64,000 nucleotides of DNA from Octopus bimaculoides (lineage: Eukaryota), in NCBI RefSeq assembly GCF_001194135.2, contig NC_068985.1, positions 70,803,601 through 70,867,600 on the forward strand, written 5' to 3'. Below the pieces are notes generated by a model that saw only the letters and a list, made by a program, of their open reading frames with translations, was not told the origin of the DNA and made no database searches. This document shows, one piece after another, positions 27,106-38,873 of this stretch (within the stretch, counting starts at the first letter, position 1; each line of letters starts with the position of its first letter). The position numbers and the translations under genes are program-made.

Positions 27106-29177
27106 TCAGCAATGTCACTCTCATGACTGTCAGCAAGACAGCTAAGATTCAACATGACAATCTCGACATTATATCTCTACCTGCTAGAAATAGGAGCTAA
27201 AACTCCTTGATATTAATATGCACTGACAACTAAAGTGCTGAACTTGCTCATTAGATAATGCACAACTTGAAGTCTTTAATGCTAGATGGAATTCATTTGA
27301 GCAGAAAACTACTCACTCAAGGTTGACCTAGGTTTGGAGCAACCATAACAATAACTGCTTGTTTTTTTCATTTCATAATGATTAAAATCAGTTTTACACA
27401 GGGCTAAACGGTCGCCTGACTTGCTAGAAGTAGAAACCTAAACACCTTGAAGTTTGATTATACCATACTGCAAGGAAAAATCTGTGTGGTCAGTAGAGCT
27501 ACTAGAAATAGCAACCGAATCTTCCTTAAAAACATCTTACAGTTTTTTTAAAAGATTACACTCTATAATGTTATCCTAGATATCCTACATTCGATACAAT
27601 GTCTGACTAAAGACGCGACGTACAAAAATTGGAACGCCATTGACCTAGGATTGAGCAGCAACGCCATCACCACCAACAACAACATGAGTTTTGCTAAAGT
27701 ATATCCATTCCAAATTATTCTGGAATAAATGTTTCTATAAATCGTATTACATAATAACTCAGTGATGTTATTATTTTACACAGTAGTATACAGACTGCAG
27801 ACAGTGTCGGATTGGCAATGTAAGCACAGTAATATATAGTAAACATAATTAAATTGAATAAACATGACGGTACATTGTACACAGAGAAGACGAGAAGTGT
27901 ATAGTCGTCAAAAATAAAATATTTACACATAGTTATACTGTATAAACATATCTTAGCGTGATTAAAAATATAAGAGAGAGAAAGAGAGGGAAAGAGAGAT
28001 AATATGTGGGAGTGGAAGTGTGTATGTGATTGTGTGCGCGTGTGTATGCGTGCGTGTGTGTGTGTGTGTGTGTGTGTTAGTGTGTGTGTGTTTGTATTTG
28101 CAAGAACGTATTTGAGAGTGAAGAACAAGTCCTCATCAAGTAGTAAGATAAAACAATCACTGCCTGATTTTAGTGGGTTTCAGTTTCCCATAGCATAGTA
28201 CGGTGGTAACGTGGGTGACGGTAACGGTTAAAAGAACATTACGATGGTCCCAATGACAACCCTAACATTCCCTGATAGCATAAATAGAGAAAGTGATACT
28301 GTCGAAAAGTCTCCGAAACCGTTATGATCTCCAGTCACCAGGCAGAGAAGGGAATATTCAAGATGTATGTTTATTATAGTACACATGGAAAACGAGCCTT
28401 GGCTATAATCTCCATGGTTATTTCAATGGCTTGATCTAGTGAAGTACCTGCTTACCGAAACAGCAGTTCAGTATTTCTAAAGCAGGAATTTTTCAACGTA
28501 ATCCTCCTGTTGAGTCACTGTAATACTATGCATGACAATGCTGGACATTTTATTTACAGGTAGAATTTATTTTTAATGCACAAGGCTTGTACTGATTGTG
28601 GACTAGTACAGAAGTTTTAGATATTTGTCTCATTTGCCACGCAGTATAACCCAACCCATATGGACCAAACAAGATTAAACTGTAAACTAGAAAATTTAAC
28701 AGTATTTCTTTACATTGACTCAATGTAAACATCATAACGTGGAACCAGTTATATCTAGTCGACCTTTGTAGAAGCCTGGTACTGTTTTATGAAGCATGAG
28801 CGATGAAAAACGAAATCATGATATGAAATTGGAATACAAGTAGAATGGATTAAGATTATTTTTCCAACCTTCCTTAATCCTAAAATCACCTAAGGTAAAA
28901 ACACGAATGCTTGTAAACAAAATATCCAATCTGTACGAACTCAGATGTGTCAGTCATATCAGTCAACAAACGTAGTAATGGTGAAGTCCTCGCTACTGGA
29001 AATAGCGGACGAATTTCTATCAAATCACAACCTTCTACCTTATATAATGTAATCCTTCATGTGCAGAAAAGCTGTATTGCTATAACTGGAACATCTTCGT
29101 TAATAGTTTTGTTCGATCAAGGCTTGCTTGAGGACGAACAACACCAACGAGTGATTGTATTCATTATTATATTATTG

Positions 29178-29395
29178 TAAAGGCGATGGGCTGGCAAAAT
29201 CGTTACAATGTCGGAGAAAATGTTTTCCAGTATTTGTTTCGGATATTTTTGTTCCGGGTTCAAATCTTCTGCGGTCAATTTTAACTTTCATCCCTTTGGC
29301 CTCTATACATTAAAGTTTCATAACTAGTGTCATTGGTATCGATTAAACCTCTTTCCACAAAATTGCAATGCCTGTGACTAATTTTAAAACAATTA
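29178..29395 (+). mobile_element. SINE family M, degenerate
   Basis: AAGGCGATGGGCTGGCAAAATCGTTAC...GGGTTCAAAT... preceded by ATT repeats. Confidence 0.65.
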
Positions 29396-29639
29396 TTAAG
29401 CTACTCCACACACACAGACACACACACATTTATAAATATATATATATAAATAATTTTATAAAAAACATTTCAGTATCGGTTTCGGTCATTGAGACGTTTT
29501 AAACTGTAAGTATGGCAAACAATTAAGTTCTGGAAATGAAAAGTATTTAAAAGTATATTTGTATAGTATTCAAATACAAGGGGCATTTTTCTTGTTTCTG
29601 TCTGTCTCTGTCTCCTTTGGTTACTCTTGTGGCTTCGAG

Positions 29640-29792
29640 ATTGTTGTGAATTCTTGGCAGAGAAGAAGAAGAAGAAGAAGAAGAAGAAGAAGAAGAAGAA
29701 GAAGAAATAATGTGGGAGTGCTATGATATTAGTAGGATGTTAAATGGTCAAGTGCCGTTGAAGTGACTTGTTGTGGATGGTAGTAATATATA
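29640..29792 (-). mobile_element. Fragment of the pseudo-LTR of the 43.9-46.1 kb Penelope family, including the (GAA)n tract
   Basis: (GAA)n followed by ...TAGTAGGAT.T...ATGGTCAAGTG......GTGAC.TGTTGTG, as at 43987-44200. Confidence 0.55.
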
Positions 29793-30000
29793 NNNNNNNN
29801 NNNNNNNNNNNNNNNNNNNNNNNNNNNNNNNNNNNNNNNNNNNNNNNNNNNNNNNNNNNNNNNNNNNNNNNNNNNNNNNNNNNNNNNNNNNNNNNNNNNN
29901 NNNNNNNNNNNNNNNNNNNNNNNNNNTATATATATATATATATACTTAGCAGTGCTCAAAAGACTGAAACTTACTGGGGATCATTACACAGGGTAAAGAC

Positions 30001-30082
30001 GCAACTGTGAGGATAAGCAAATTAGGTAATCAAATATATTAAATATATTTGATGTGTCTAATTTTCTTATCCACACAATTGC
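30001..30082. repeat. Imperfect ~40-bp-arm palindrome (hairpin)
   Basis: GCAACTGTGAGGATAAGCAAATTAGGTAATCAAATATAT versus the reverse complement of ATATATTTGATGTGTCTAATTTTCTTATCCACACAATTGC. Confidence 0.85.
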
Positions 30083-30119
30083 ATGTATACATACATACAT
30101 ACATACATACATGTTAAAT

Positions 30120-30760
30120 AAAATGAAATAACAAAGACAAGGCTGTGCGGAATGTTCAGGACATTTATAAAGAGAAAGTTAGTCTTACAGCTGTTTCTGG
30201 GATATTAGGGATGTCACTTCATCAGAGACAATGTGAGATGGTTAAATATCAGGAAATATTAGAGTTCAAATACGAGGAGTTATTTTAGAAAGGAAGCAAA
30301 TAAGGAGTATATAGGGAATAGGAGAATAAATGTAGAAATAAAAGGAAATTGTACAAAGATGTTATAGTTGCAGTTCCATTATCCAAGGAAAGTGGTGTGT
30401 GGAAGTGGTAGAAATTCTTCCTGTCCGTGGTATGTAAATTCCAATAGAAATTCATATTTTGTCATCCCAAATGGAAAGTGTGGAGACGTATATTCTATGT
30501 GCTGTTCATATGAATAAAAATTTGAGTATTTATTGGTAGTCTGGTAGTATATATAGTATGGTAGTATATATAATATGGTAGTATAGAGAATGTATTGGTA
30601 GTATGGTAGTATATATAGTATAGTAGTATATATAGTAGTATATATATATACAGCGAATGTGGTAGACAGTCTGGCGAAAGCTTGTATGGAGAGTGAACAA
30701 TCGCAGCGTGTCGGTTTCGATTTTCTTGAGTAGCCATTCCATTTCACTCAAAACGGCGGT
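30120..30760 (-). mobile_element. Decayed Penelope-like 3' region
   Basis: Contains a hammerhead-like motif (30182-30229). Upstream on the minus strand, TVYHIRC resembles NLIYCIRC of GIY-YIG domains. Interrupted by a TAGTA-rich low-complexity insert. Confidence 0.45.
30182..30229 (-). ncRNA. Degenerate minimal type I hammerhead ribozyme
   Basis: Minus strand reads gtct CTGATGA a gtgacat ccct aatatccc a GAAA cagctGTA agac. Stem I is GUCU/AGAC, stem III is the palindrome ACAGCUGU and the cleavage triplet is GUA; stem II has two mismatches. Confidence 0.6.
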
Positions 30761-32519
30761 GCATCAGCATGGCCGCAGCTCTGAGCTGAAACTACAGATA
30801 AATATATATATATATATATATATATAGTAATAGCAGTAACAATAAGACAAGTGAAAGATAGGAGATAAATACGGGTTATCTAAATTAAGATACACCATTA
30901 GTTACGAGGTACAAAAGCTGCTAAATTAGTTAGAGCGACGGGGAGAAGCACGAATGGAAGCAAGTTGACACAGCGTATTGCCGAACGCGTCTCTACAAAT
31001 CAATCAAATAATTTTTGTTTAAGTGCAGTCACGGATATTTGTATAAAGCAGTAGCATCATCCTACTTATAGGAACGCCACTTCATTATTGGTCTTGTTCG
31101 AATTTATTGATGAAGTTATCGATGATCAATATATGATAAGAACTGAAGAATAAGCTCACCTTAAATTGTCAACATTTCGAGATGAAATGTTGACAATTAT
31201 ATATATTTGAAGTCACAAGGGAATCGTTAACATTTTCCATTGAAATCATTCAACTATCTGAGATAACATTTTCTTTTCGCCACAGGTCAACTCTAATATA
31301 ACAGATATGATTAAAGGCATTCCAGCCGTGGCCATCGCGTCTTTTTAAGCATAAGTACGACTGCTTTACCTAATATGCCCTTTACTTATCGAAGACAGTA
31401 AGGTGTGATTTGAGAAAGATGCATCTTCTATTTGTTCGAGGTTGAGAGATCATATAGAAAGTCATTTCTTTGCTTCCAGTCTTCAGGATTGTTGTCGCTA
31501 CTTTACTCCATGGCACTCCCGATCGATTTTATCTATAAGAGCATTAAGTCATGACCATCGTGCTTTTATTTTTAACTTAAACCCTGGGATATACCGAAGG
31601 ATTTCATTTTTAAGGCAATAGGTTTTTGTTATGATGGAGAGTTGATTACTATTTCCATCTGGCCTAGCGACTACGTAAAGGTCGCTATACCACACTTTGG
31701 AAATGCACACTAGTCTGTATCTGAAGTTTGAGGTATCGATTGCTAACTACATGCATTTGTCAAACTATAAATTACACTTGTTTTCCAGCATTAAAGAATT
31801 GTTATTGCTGCTTCTAAGACTCACACTATATCTGGTCAAACGTTCCAGTTATGACCATCCTGCATTTTTATATTCAACGCTATATGGTCTAATGTGTCCT
31901 TCCATAAGATAACATTGAGTGGTTTGAAGAAGACTTGGATGCTAATTCTTTGAGATCGAATTAGTTTTTAGTTTTAAAGCGTAATACTCAAATACAGGCA
32001 GCTACGTTTATTAGCATTCATTATCTTCCTTAATGTGCAGAATGTTATTTTAAGAATTATGGTTTATATTTGAGGAGGCTACACTTTCTACATCCCTTTG
32101 ATCGGAGCGATTCATATGATAAGAAAATATGACAGACAAAATATCTGTCTAAAGTAATTGACTCAAAAGTTACCGGATGCGCCCTCTGTAAATTGAGGTT
32201 GCTTTCACTGCTGTTGCTGTTGTTGTTGCGACTGTAGTTGTTGCTTTCGAATTAAATTCCATTCCAGTCTTTATGCGATATCTTGGCAATTCCGGATTTA
32301 ATCTTACCTATAATGAAATAGATAACCGTAACCATTACACTCTTAATGTGAGACTGTATGTCTGGGGACGGAATGGACCCCGAGTTATTTCTTATTAACA
32401 GAATCGGTGATCAGGTTTTATAGAAGCTGATTTCATAGAACTGACCGTTGCATCTTTAATTATAGGATGCTGATTAATGTTGAGTAGGCAAGCATTGTAG
32501 TAAGAATTGAAGGTGTAAC

Positions 32520-32960
32520 CAATAGGGAGAAGGGGGAGGGGGAGGAAGGTGGTGGTGATAATGATGGTGGTAATTATGATGATGATGAAGGAGAAAAAAA
32601 GATGAAGTAAAGGAAGATGAGAAAGAACAAGTGCAAGGAAAGCTGGTTATGATGTCCGTGTCGACGAAAACGGCAATTGATGATAAGCTTAATAACAGTG
32701 TTAACGATATAAATAATGACGATGATAACCAGGATGGCGATGACAACGACGATGATGGTGATGATGTCGATGATAATGATGAAGAGGATGATGACGGTCA
32801 CGCCAAATGATGATGATGATGATGATGATGACGACGACGATGAGGATGGTGATGATGATCATCATCACAAGAATAATATTAATAATAATAACAATAATAA
32901 TATTAACGATGATTATGGTGATGATGAGGACATAGTAGAGGATGAAGATGGGTGAGGGGG
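32520..32960. repeat. (GAT)/(GAC)/(AAT) cryptic trinucleotide low-complexity block
   Basis: Direct reading. Confidence 0.85.
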
Positions 32961-33459
32961 TGTAGGTACATTATGTTACATTTGATCTCAACAGTTTTCC
33001 TTTGTGGAAATCCGGCAACATTATTCTGATGAAGGTCCATTCTTAAGATTGATGGGTGCTATTTTCTGTCTTCAGAAGTCTAATAATTAATTCCCACCAC
33101 ACGCACGCCCGCATACGCCTGCACACACACACACACACGTATCCTCTCTCCCCATTCTCTCGCATCTACCCCCACCACCACCACCGCCAGTAACAACAAT
33201 AACAATAACAACAATCAGTTCGGAACATTAATTCAAAAGCGAAGATACACCAGCCGATATGTGTCTCCAAGTTTATATAACAGCCAAGCATGAATGCTAG
33301 CCATTTACATCTTACAGATGGACTGATGCACATGGCTTCCTCGGCAATCAACATTTGCAAAAGTATAGAGTCTAATTCTCTTCGAAACTATTCCAGCTGT
33401 ATGATGATGGGAAAGCAGCTAAACCGGCAATGAATCTAAATCTTGATAAGAAGTAAAAG

Positions 33460-33840
33460 CAGAACAAAAACAACAATAACAGCAACAACAATAACAGCAA
33501 CAACAACAACAGCAGCAACCTCGGCAGTAGCTCTCCTCGCAGTAGTGATATCAGACAACAACTAACGCATCATCGACAATCATAGTTACAACAACAACGA
33601 CGACAACATCATTAACAACAACAACAACAGTGGCAACCTCCGCAGCAGCATTATTCACGGCAGTGATATCAGACAACTAACACATCATTGACAACCATAA
33701 TAACAACAACAACAACAATGATGACAATAACCACAACCAGAATGACAATGGCAATAAAGACGATGACAACAACAATGTTACTATCAATAGTAGCATCGAA
33801 ACAGCAACAACAACAATAACGCTAGCAACAACAGTAACGG
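33460..33840. repeat. (CAA)-rich block with an internal ~118-bp tandem duplication
   Basis: GCAACCTC.GCAG.AG...GCAGTGATATCAGACAAC(AAC)TAAC.CATCAT.GACAA at ~33515 and ~33633. Confidence 0.8.
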
Positions 33841-34107
33841 GAATGGGCAGAAAAGAGGACAGCTATCTTTCTTAATGCTTTGTAACTTGGTTGTTCATTA
33901 AACATGTCCGAGCGACGCTACAAGATATTCTCTGACAGACAATGGATATTAGCCATAAAATGTAATTGAATAACATAACATTATGACTGGCTTGTTAGAG
34001 CGTCTTAATGTATGGACGTCATTACACAATGAAACACTTCTTGATGTTGTGCCACAAGTCGGAAGTTGTCACAACCTTATTCGAGGAAGATTTCCCCAGC
34101 TGCAAAA

Positions 34108-34820
34108 TGTCTTCTTCTTCTTCTTCTTCTTCTTCTTCTTCTTCTTCTTCTTCTTCTTCTTCTTCTTCTTCTTCTTCTTCTTCGTAACACAGTGTATGTA
34201 AAAATTGAAGTTTGGTGACAAGTTTCCTCAAATCTCAAGGATCTTTTTTCAATATTCTTGCAGAATATATAGGATGGTGCTATTCTGCAGGTCGACAAAG
34301 CGAGTTTCAATTCCAATCGCTTTCAGTCTTTTTGGCAACTACTTCACCAATTCCTGCAAGAATAATTGCTGCATTGGATTTCCACAACCTCCTCAGTTCT
34401 CTGGCTAGATCCTGGTATTTCTCAAGTTTGTTTTCAATTTCTTTGGTATCGATTCTTTTACAGAATTGCAACGTCAATAATCTTACGTTGATTATTTTGT
34501 TCTCTATAATCATATCTGGTCTTCTTCCTTCAGTAGTACACTAAGTCTTTATGGCGAAATAATTTTCAAGTTTCTATCACAGCCTCTGTTTCGTGTTCAT
34601 ACCTCTTTTCTGTTGTTTTGAGACCACACATTCTTTTGCCTATACAATCATGACTGTTCTTATACTCATTTTGTGCTTGTATACTGCACTCACTCAGAAT
34701 GTAAACTCAGACTGAATTTTGATGATCTTTGCCTTTATCAGATTTTTTTTCCTAATGACTTGGTCCTGAACGGCTAATAGTTTATTGCTAGAATTGGCCA
34801 TGCAATTCCATTTCTTTCTG
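34108..34820 (-). mobile_element. R4/Dong-like RLE LINE 3' portion (second family) ending in (GAA)n
   Basis: Minus strand: LAVQDQVIR, then HDCIGKR...KRYEHETEAVIE, R.D motif region, KEIENKLEKYQDLARELRRLWK and ...LYSARILKKILEI*. This is the RLE (PD..D/E.K) domain layout. Confidence 0.85.
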
Positions 34821-34904
34821 TTTCTTTGTTTTGTTCTTTTTACTCTCTCTCAGTTCTCCCACTATCTCAGTCATTATTGGATATAGATATTTTATAATTG
34901 TTAT

Positions 34905-34973
34905 TATTGTTTTTTGTTGATGTTGTTGTTATTGTTGTTGTTGTTGTTCTTCTTCTTCTTCTTCTTCTTCTTC

Positions 34974-35021
<48 letters not shown>

Positions 35022-35024
35022 GTT

Positions 35025-35080
<56 letters not shown>
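34905..35080. repeat. Compound (GTT)n-(CTT)n-(ATT)n-(AGT)n microsatellite
   Basis: Direct reading. Confidence 0.97.
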
Positions 35081-35081
<1 letters not shown>

Positions 35082-35270
35082 AAACGGTGAGTTGGCAGAA
35101 TCGTTAGCCTACCGTACAAAACAAGACTTAGCGGTATTTAGTCTGTCTTTATGTTCAAACTCCGTCGATGTTTGTGCCTTTCATCCTTTTGGGATCCATA
35201 AAATAATAACAAGTTAGGCACTTGAGACGATATAGTCGAATAGCCTCCCAACATTTCAGGGATTGTGCCA
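35080..35270 (+). mobile_element. SINE family M
   Basis: GGTGAGTTGGCAGAATCGTTAGC...GTTCAAACTCCG...GCCTTTCATCCTTTTGGGATCCATAAAATAA. Confidence 0.8.
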
Positions 35271-35964
35271 GAGAGAGAGAGGGAGAGAGAGAGAGAGAGA
35301 GAGAGNNNNNNNNNNNNNNNNNNNNNNNNNNNNNNNNNNNNNNNNNNNNNNNNNNNNNNNNNNNNNNNNNNNNNNNNNNNNNNNNNNNNNNNNNNNNNNN
35401 NNNNNNNNNNNNNNNNNNNNNNNNNNNNNNNNNNNNNNNNNNNNNNNNNNNNNNNNNNNNNNNNNNNNNNNNNNNNNNNNNNNNNNNNNNNNNNNNNNNN
35501 NNNNNNNNNNNNNNNNNNNNNNNNNNNNNNNNNNNNNNNNNNNNNNNNNNNNNNNAGAGGGAAATTTTAAACATCATATATTATTGTGACTGACCAAAAA
35601 GTAACATCATAATATTCGATTTTTATATCTTCTATCTGTCAATCTTTTTATCAATCTGTCTATCCGTATTGACAAATATATCAACGAGTAGACGGCAGAA
35701 AGAAAAGTTATACTAGATAGGATAATAAACTTTTCATAGATAGGAAGATAGTTTTTTCAATGAAAGCAATATATATGTAGATGTCTCTTTTTTTTTTATT
35801 TTAGCGTGTGGTATCTAAACTTTGTATTGTCAGAGTAGATCGATACATGAACAACAAGAAGAGTAGATATGAAACAAACAACTGAACTGAAATGAAATTG
35901 AAATATTCTTGATTAGCAAACAGCTTAGATTGGGCTTTGTTTCTGAAAATTATAATAGTGGTGT

Positions 35965-36018
<54 letters not shown>

Positions 36019-36366
36019 CGGCGATTATGATGATTGTGGTAGAAGCAAATTAACACCAAATATACAGTGCGTGTGTTTTTATTGGCTAAACTAGCAATAT
36101 GACCATCCCCCAGTACAACAACAAGATACATAAATACATATACACATATTAATATCAAAAGAGAGAAGAGGGTCACAAAGGAAGTGAAAGAGAAAGAGAG
36201 ATTGAGAGAGACAGTAGATAGACACAGCAAATATTGGATGTCAATTCACTTTTGAAGACAACTAAAACAATTCCAGTCAGTGGCAAAGCAACAGGTAGGA
36301 AGAGAGACAGAGAGAGAGTGGGAGAGAGANNNNNNNNNNAGGTAGGAAGAGAGACAGAGAGAGAGT

Positions 36367-36399
<33 letters not shown>

Positions 36400-36600
36400 G
36401 GAGAGAGAGAGGGGTGAAAACTTTGTTGTGGACTATCTGATATTTACTGTCTGTCTGTATGCCTCTCTCTGTAGGTATGTGTTTGTGTATGTGTGTGCAT
36501 GTGTGTGTATGTCTGTATGCATATAATTGTGTGCTGGATCTCTCTCGGCATACCAGCAAACCAAAAAATGGCACCATCCACCATCACCACTACCTCCAAG

Positions 36601-38120
36601 TCCCTTCACGTCTGGCTGTACAGCCTTTTTGTTTGTTTATTTCACCGTTTCGTTTTCCTGTCTTGTTTTCTGTCCGCCACTACCCTCCACGAAAACAATT
36701 TAATTTGTGTTTGTGGGAAGAACCATTTTAACGATGCGTACTGCCTTAATTTCTTCGAAACGCCTGAGTTTTAATGGTGGCAGCTGATGAAGGGGATGTT
36801 TCTATGTGGCCTGCTTGTTTGTTGCACCTTGTTTACCATTTTGTCCTTGTTCTTTTGCCACGTCATGTACCCAGTTATGTATCTATATGTACATGTAGAT
36901 GAACGTATATACATACATGTACATATATATGCATATACTCATATATTGTTTGTATCACGACAGAACGCACGCGTTACCTTTATACAGTANNNNNNNNNNN
37001 NNNNNNNNNNNNNNNNNNNNNNNNNNNNNNNNNNNNNNNNNNNNNNNNNNNNNNNNNNNNNNNNNNNNNNNNNNNNNNNNNNNNNNNNNNNNNNNNNNNN
37101 NNNNNNNNNNNNNNNNNNNNNNNNNNNNNNNNNNNNNNNNNNNNNNNNNNNNNNNNNNNNNNNNNNNNNNNNNNNNNNNNNNNNNNNNNNNNNNNNNNNN
37201 NNNNNNNNNNNNNNNNNNNNNNNNNNNNNNNNNNNNNNNNNNNNNNNNNNNNNNNNNNNNNNNNNNNNNNNNNNNNNNNNNNNNNNNNNNNNNNNNNNNN
37301 NNNNNNNNNNNNNNNNNNNNNNNNNNNNNNNNNNNNNNNNNNNNNNNNNNNNNNNNNNNNNNNNNNNNNNNNNNNNNNNNNNNNNNNNNNNNNNNNNNNN
37401 NNNNNNNNNNNNNNNNNNNNNNNNNNNNNNNNNNNNNNNNNNNNNNNNNNNNNNNNNNNNNNNNNNNNNNNNNNNNNNNNNNNNNNNNNNNNNNNNNNNN
37501 NNNNNNNNNNNNNNNNNNNNNNNNNNNNNNNNNNNNNNNNNNNNNNNNNNNNNNNNNNNNNNNNNNNNNNNNNNNNNNNNNNNNNNNNNNNNNNNNNNNN
37601 NNNNNNNNNNNNNNNNNNNNNNNNNNNNNNNNNNNNNNNNNNNNNNNNNNNNNNNNNNNNNNNNNNNNNNNNNNNNNNNNNNNNNNNNNNNNNNNNNNNN
37701 NNNNNNNNNNNNNNNNNNNNNNNNNNNNNNNNNNNNNNNNNNNNNNNNNNNNNNNNNNNNNNNNNTCCCTTCACGTCTGGCTGTACAGCCTTTTTGTTTG
37801 TTTATTTCACCGTTTCGTTTTCCTGTCTTGTTTTCTGTCCGCCACTACCCTCCACGAAAACAATTTAATTTGTGTTTGTGGGAAGAACCATTTTAACGAT
37901 GCGTTCTGCCCTACTCTTCGAAACGCCTGTGTTAGAATGGGGGTAGCTGATGAAGGAAAATGTTCTCTATGTGGCCTATGTGTGTTCTGTACTCTGGTTA
38001 TTTTTTTTTTGTCTACGTTTTGTTTGTAATGTCCTCTACCCAGATATGTGCCTATATATACAGGTAGACGTAGGTATGCATATATCTGGATGTGTATATG
38101 CATATACTCATTTATTATTT

Positions 38121-38125
<5 letters not shown>
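36601..38125 (+). repeat. Direct duplication across a gap (36601-36989 and 37766-38125), probably a PLE pseudo-LTR-derived repeat
   Basis: The first 139 bp are identical (36601-36739 = 37766-37904); the rest is only roughly 75% similar. Confidence 0.85.
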
Positions 38126-38160
<35 letters not shown>

Positions 38161-38179
38161 NNNNNNNNNNNNNNNNNNN

Positions 38180-38234
<55 letters not shown>

Positions 38235-38239
38235 ACGTA

Positions 38240-38462
38240 TGTATATATGTGTGTATGTGTGTGTTTGTCCCACCACCACCATTGTTTCCCAGCAATGTTA
38301 GTGCGTTTGTGTTTCTGTAATTTAGCTGTTCAGCAGAAGAGACTGATAGAATAAGCACCAGGCTTACAGGCAATAAGTCCAGAGGTCAATTTCTTCAACT
38401 AAAAGGTGGTGCTCTAGTATGGCCACCGTCAAATGACTGAAACAAGTAAAAGAAAAAAAGAA
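38240..38462 (+). mobile_element. SINE family A 3' half
   Basis: GTGTTTGTCCC...GATAGAATAAGCACCAGGCTTAC...GGTGGTGCTCTAGTATGGCCACCGTCAAATGACTGAAACAAGTAAAAG. Confidence 0.75.
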
Positions 38463-38634
38463 TACCAGAAAAACCTTCCGTACCACTAAACCAAGGTCCT
38501 TTGAATATGTATGATGTATTTTATGGTTAAATATTAATTCTGTTTACGTTTGTGTAACTGAGATATTTTGGTTGGATTATATAGTCATTGGTGCTACTTT
38601 ACTTTTTATATTCTGTAACTGTCACAATATACTT

Positions 38635-38778
38635 TTCTAGGCCTGAAATTTTTGTGGTGAGGGGGCCAGTTGATTACATCGACTGTACACAACTGGTACT
38701 TAATTTATCGAGCTTCAAAGGACGAAAGGCAAAGTCGACCTCGGCAGAATTTGAACTCAGAACGTAAAGACAGACGGT
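38635..38778 (-). mobile_element. SINE family M
   Basis: GAAAGGCAAAGTCGACCTCGGCAGAATTTGAACTCAGAACGTAAAGAC. Confidence 0.8.
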
Positions 38779-38845
38779 CATAAAATACGAACATTTCTCA
38801 TGGCACCAGTACACTGTTTACAGATACCTACATTTTTAATGTTTT

Positions 38846-38873
38846 CCGTGAATTTTTCACGGGTCCAGCTAGT
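38846..38873 (+). mobile_element. Helitron-type 3' terminus (hairpin plus CTAG|T)
   Basis: CCGTGAA TTT TTCACGG gtccag CTAG t: a 7-bp GC-containing stem a few nt upstream of CTAG, followed by T. Confidence 0.55.

Noticed and set aside
28947-29180. 77-aa plus ORF with natural-looking composition
   Set aside because: It overlaps a family D repeat motif (GCTACTGGAAATAGC...CAAATCACA) and is a chance frame.
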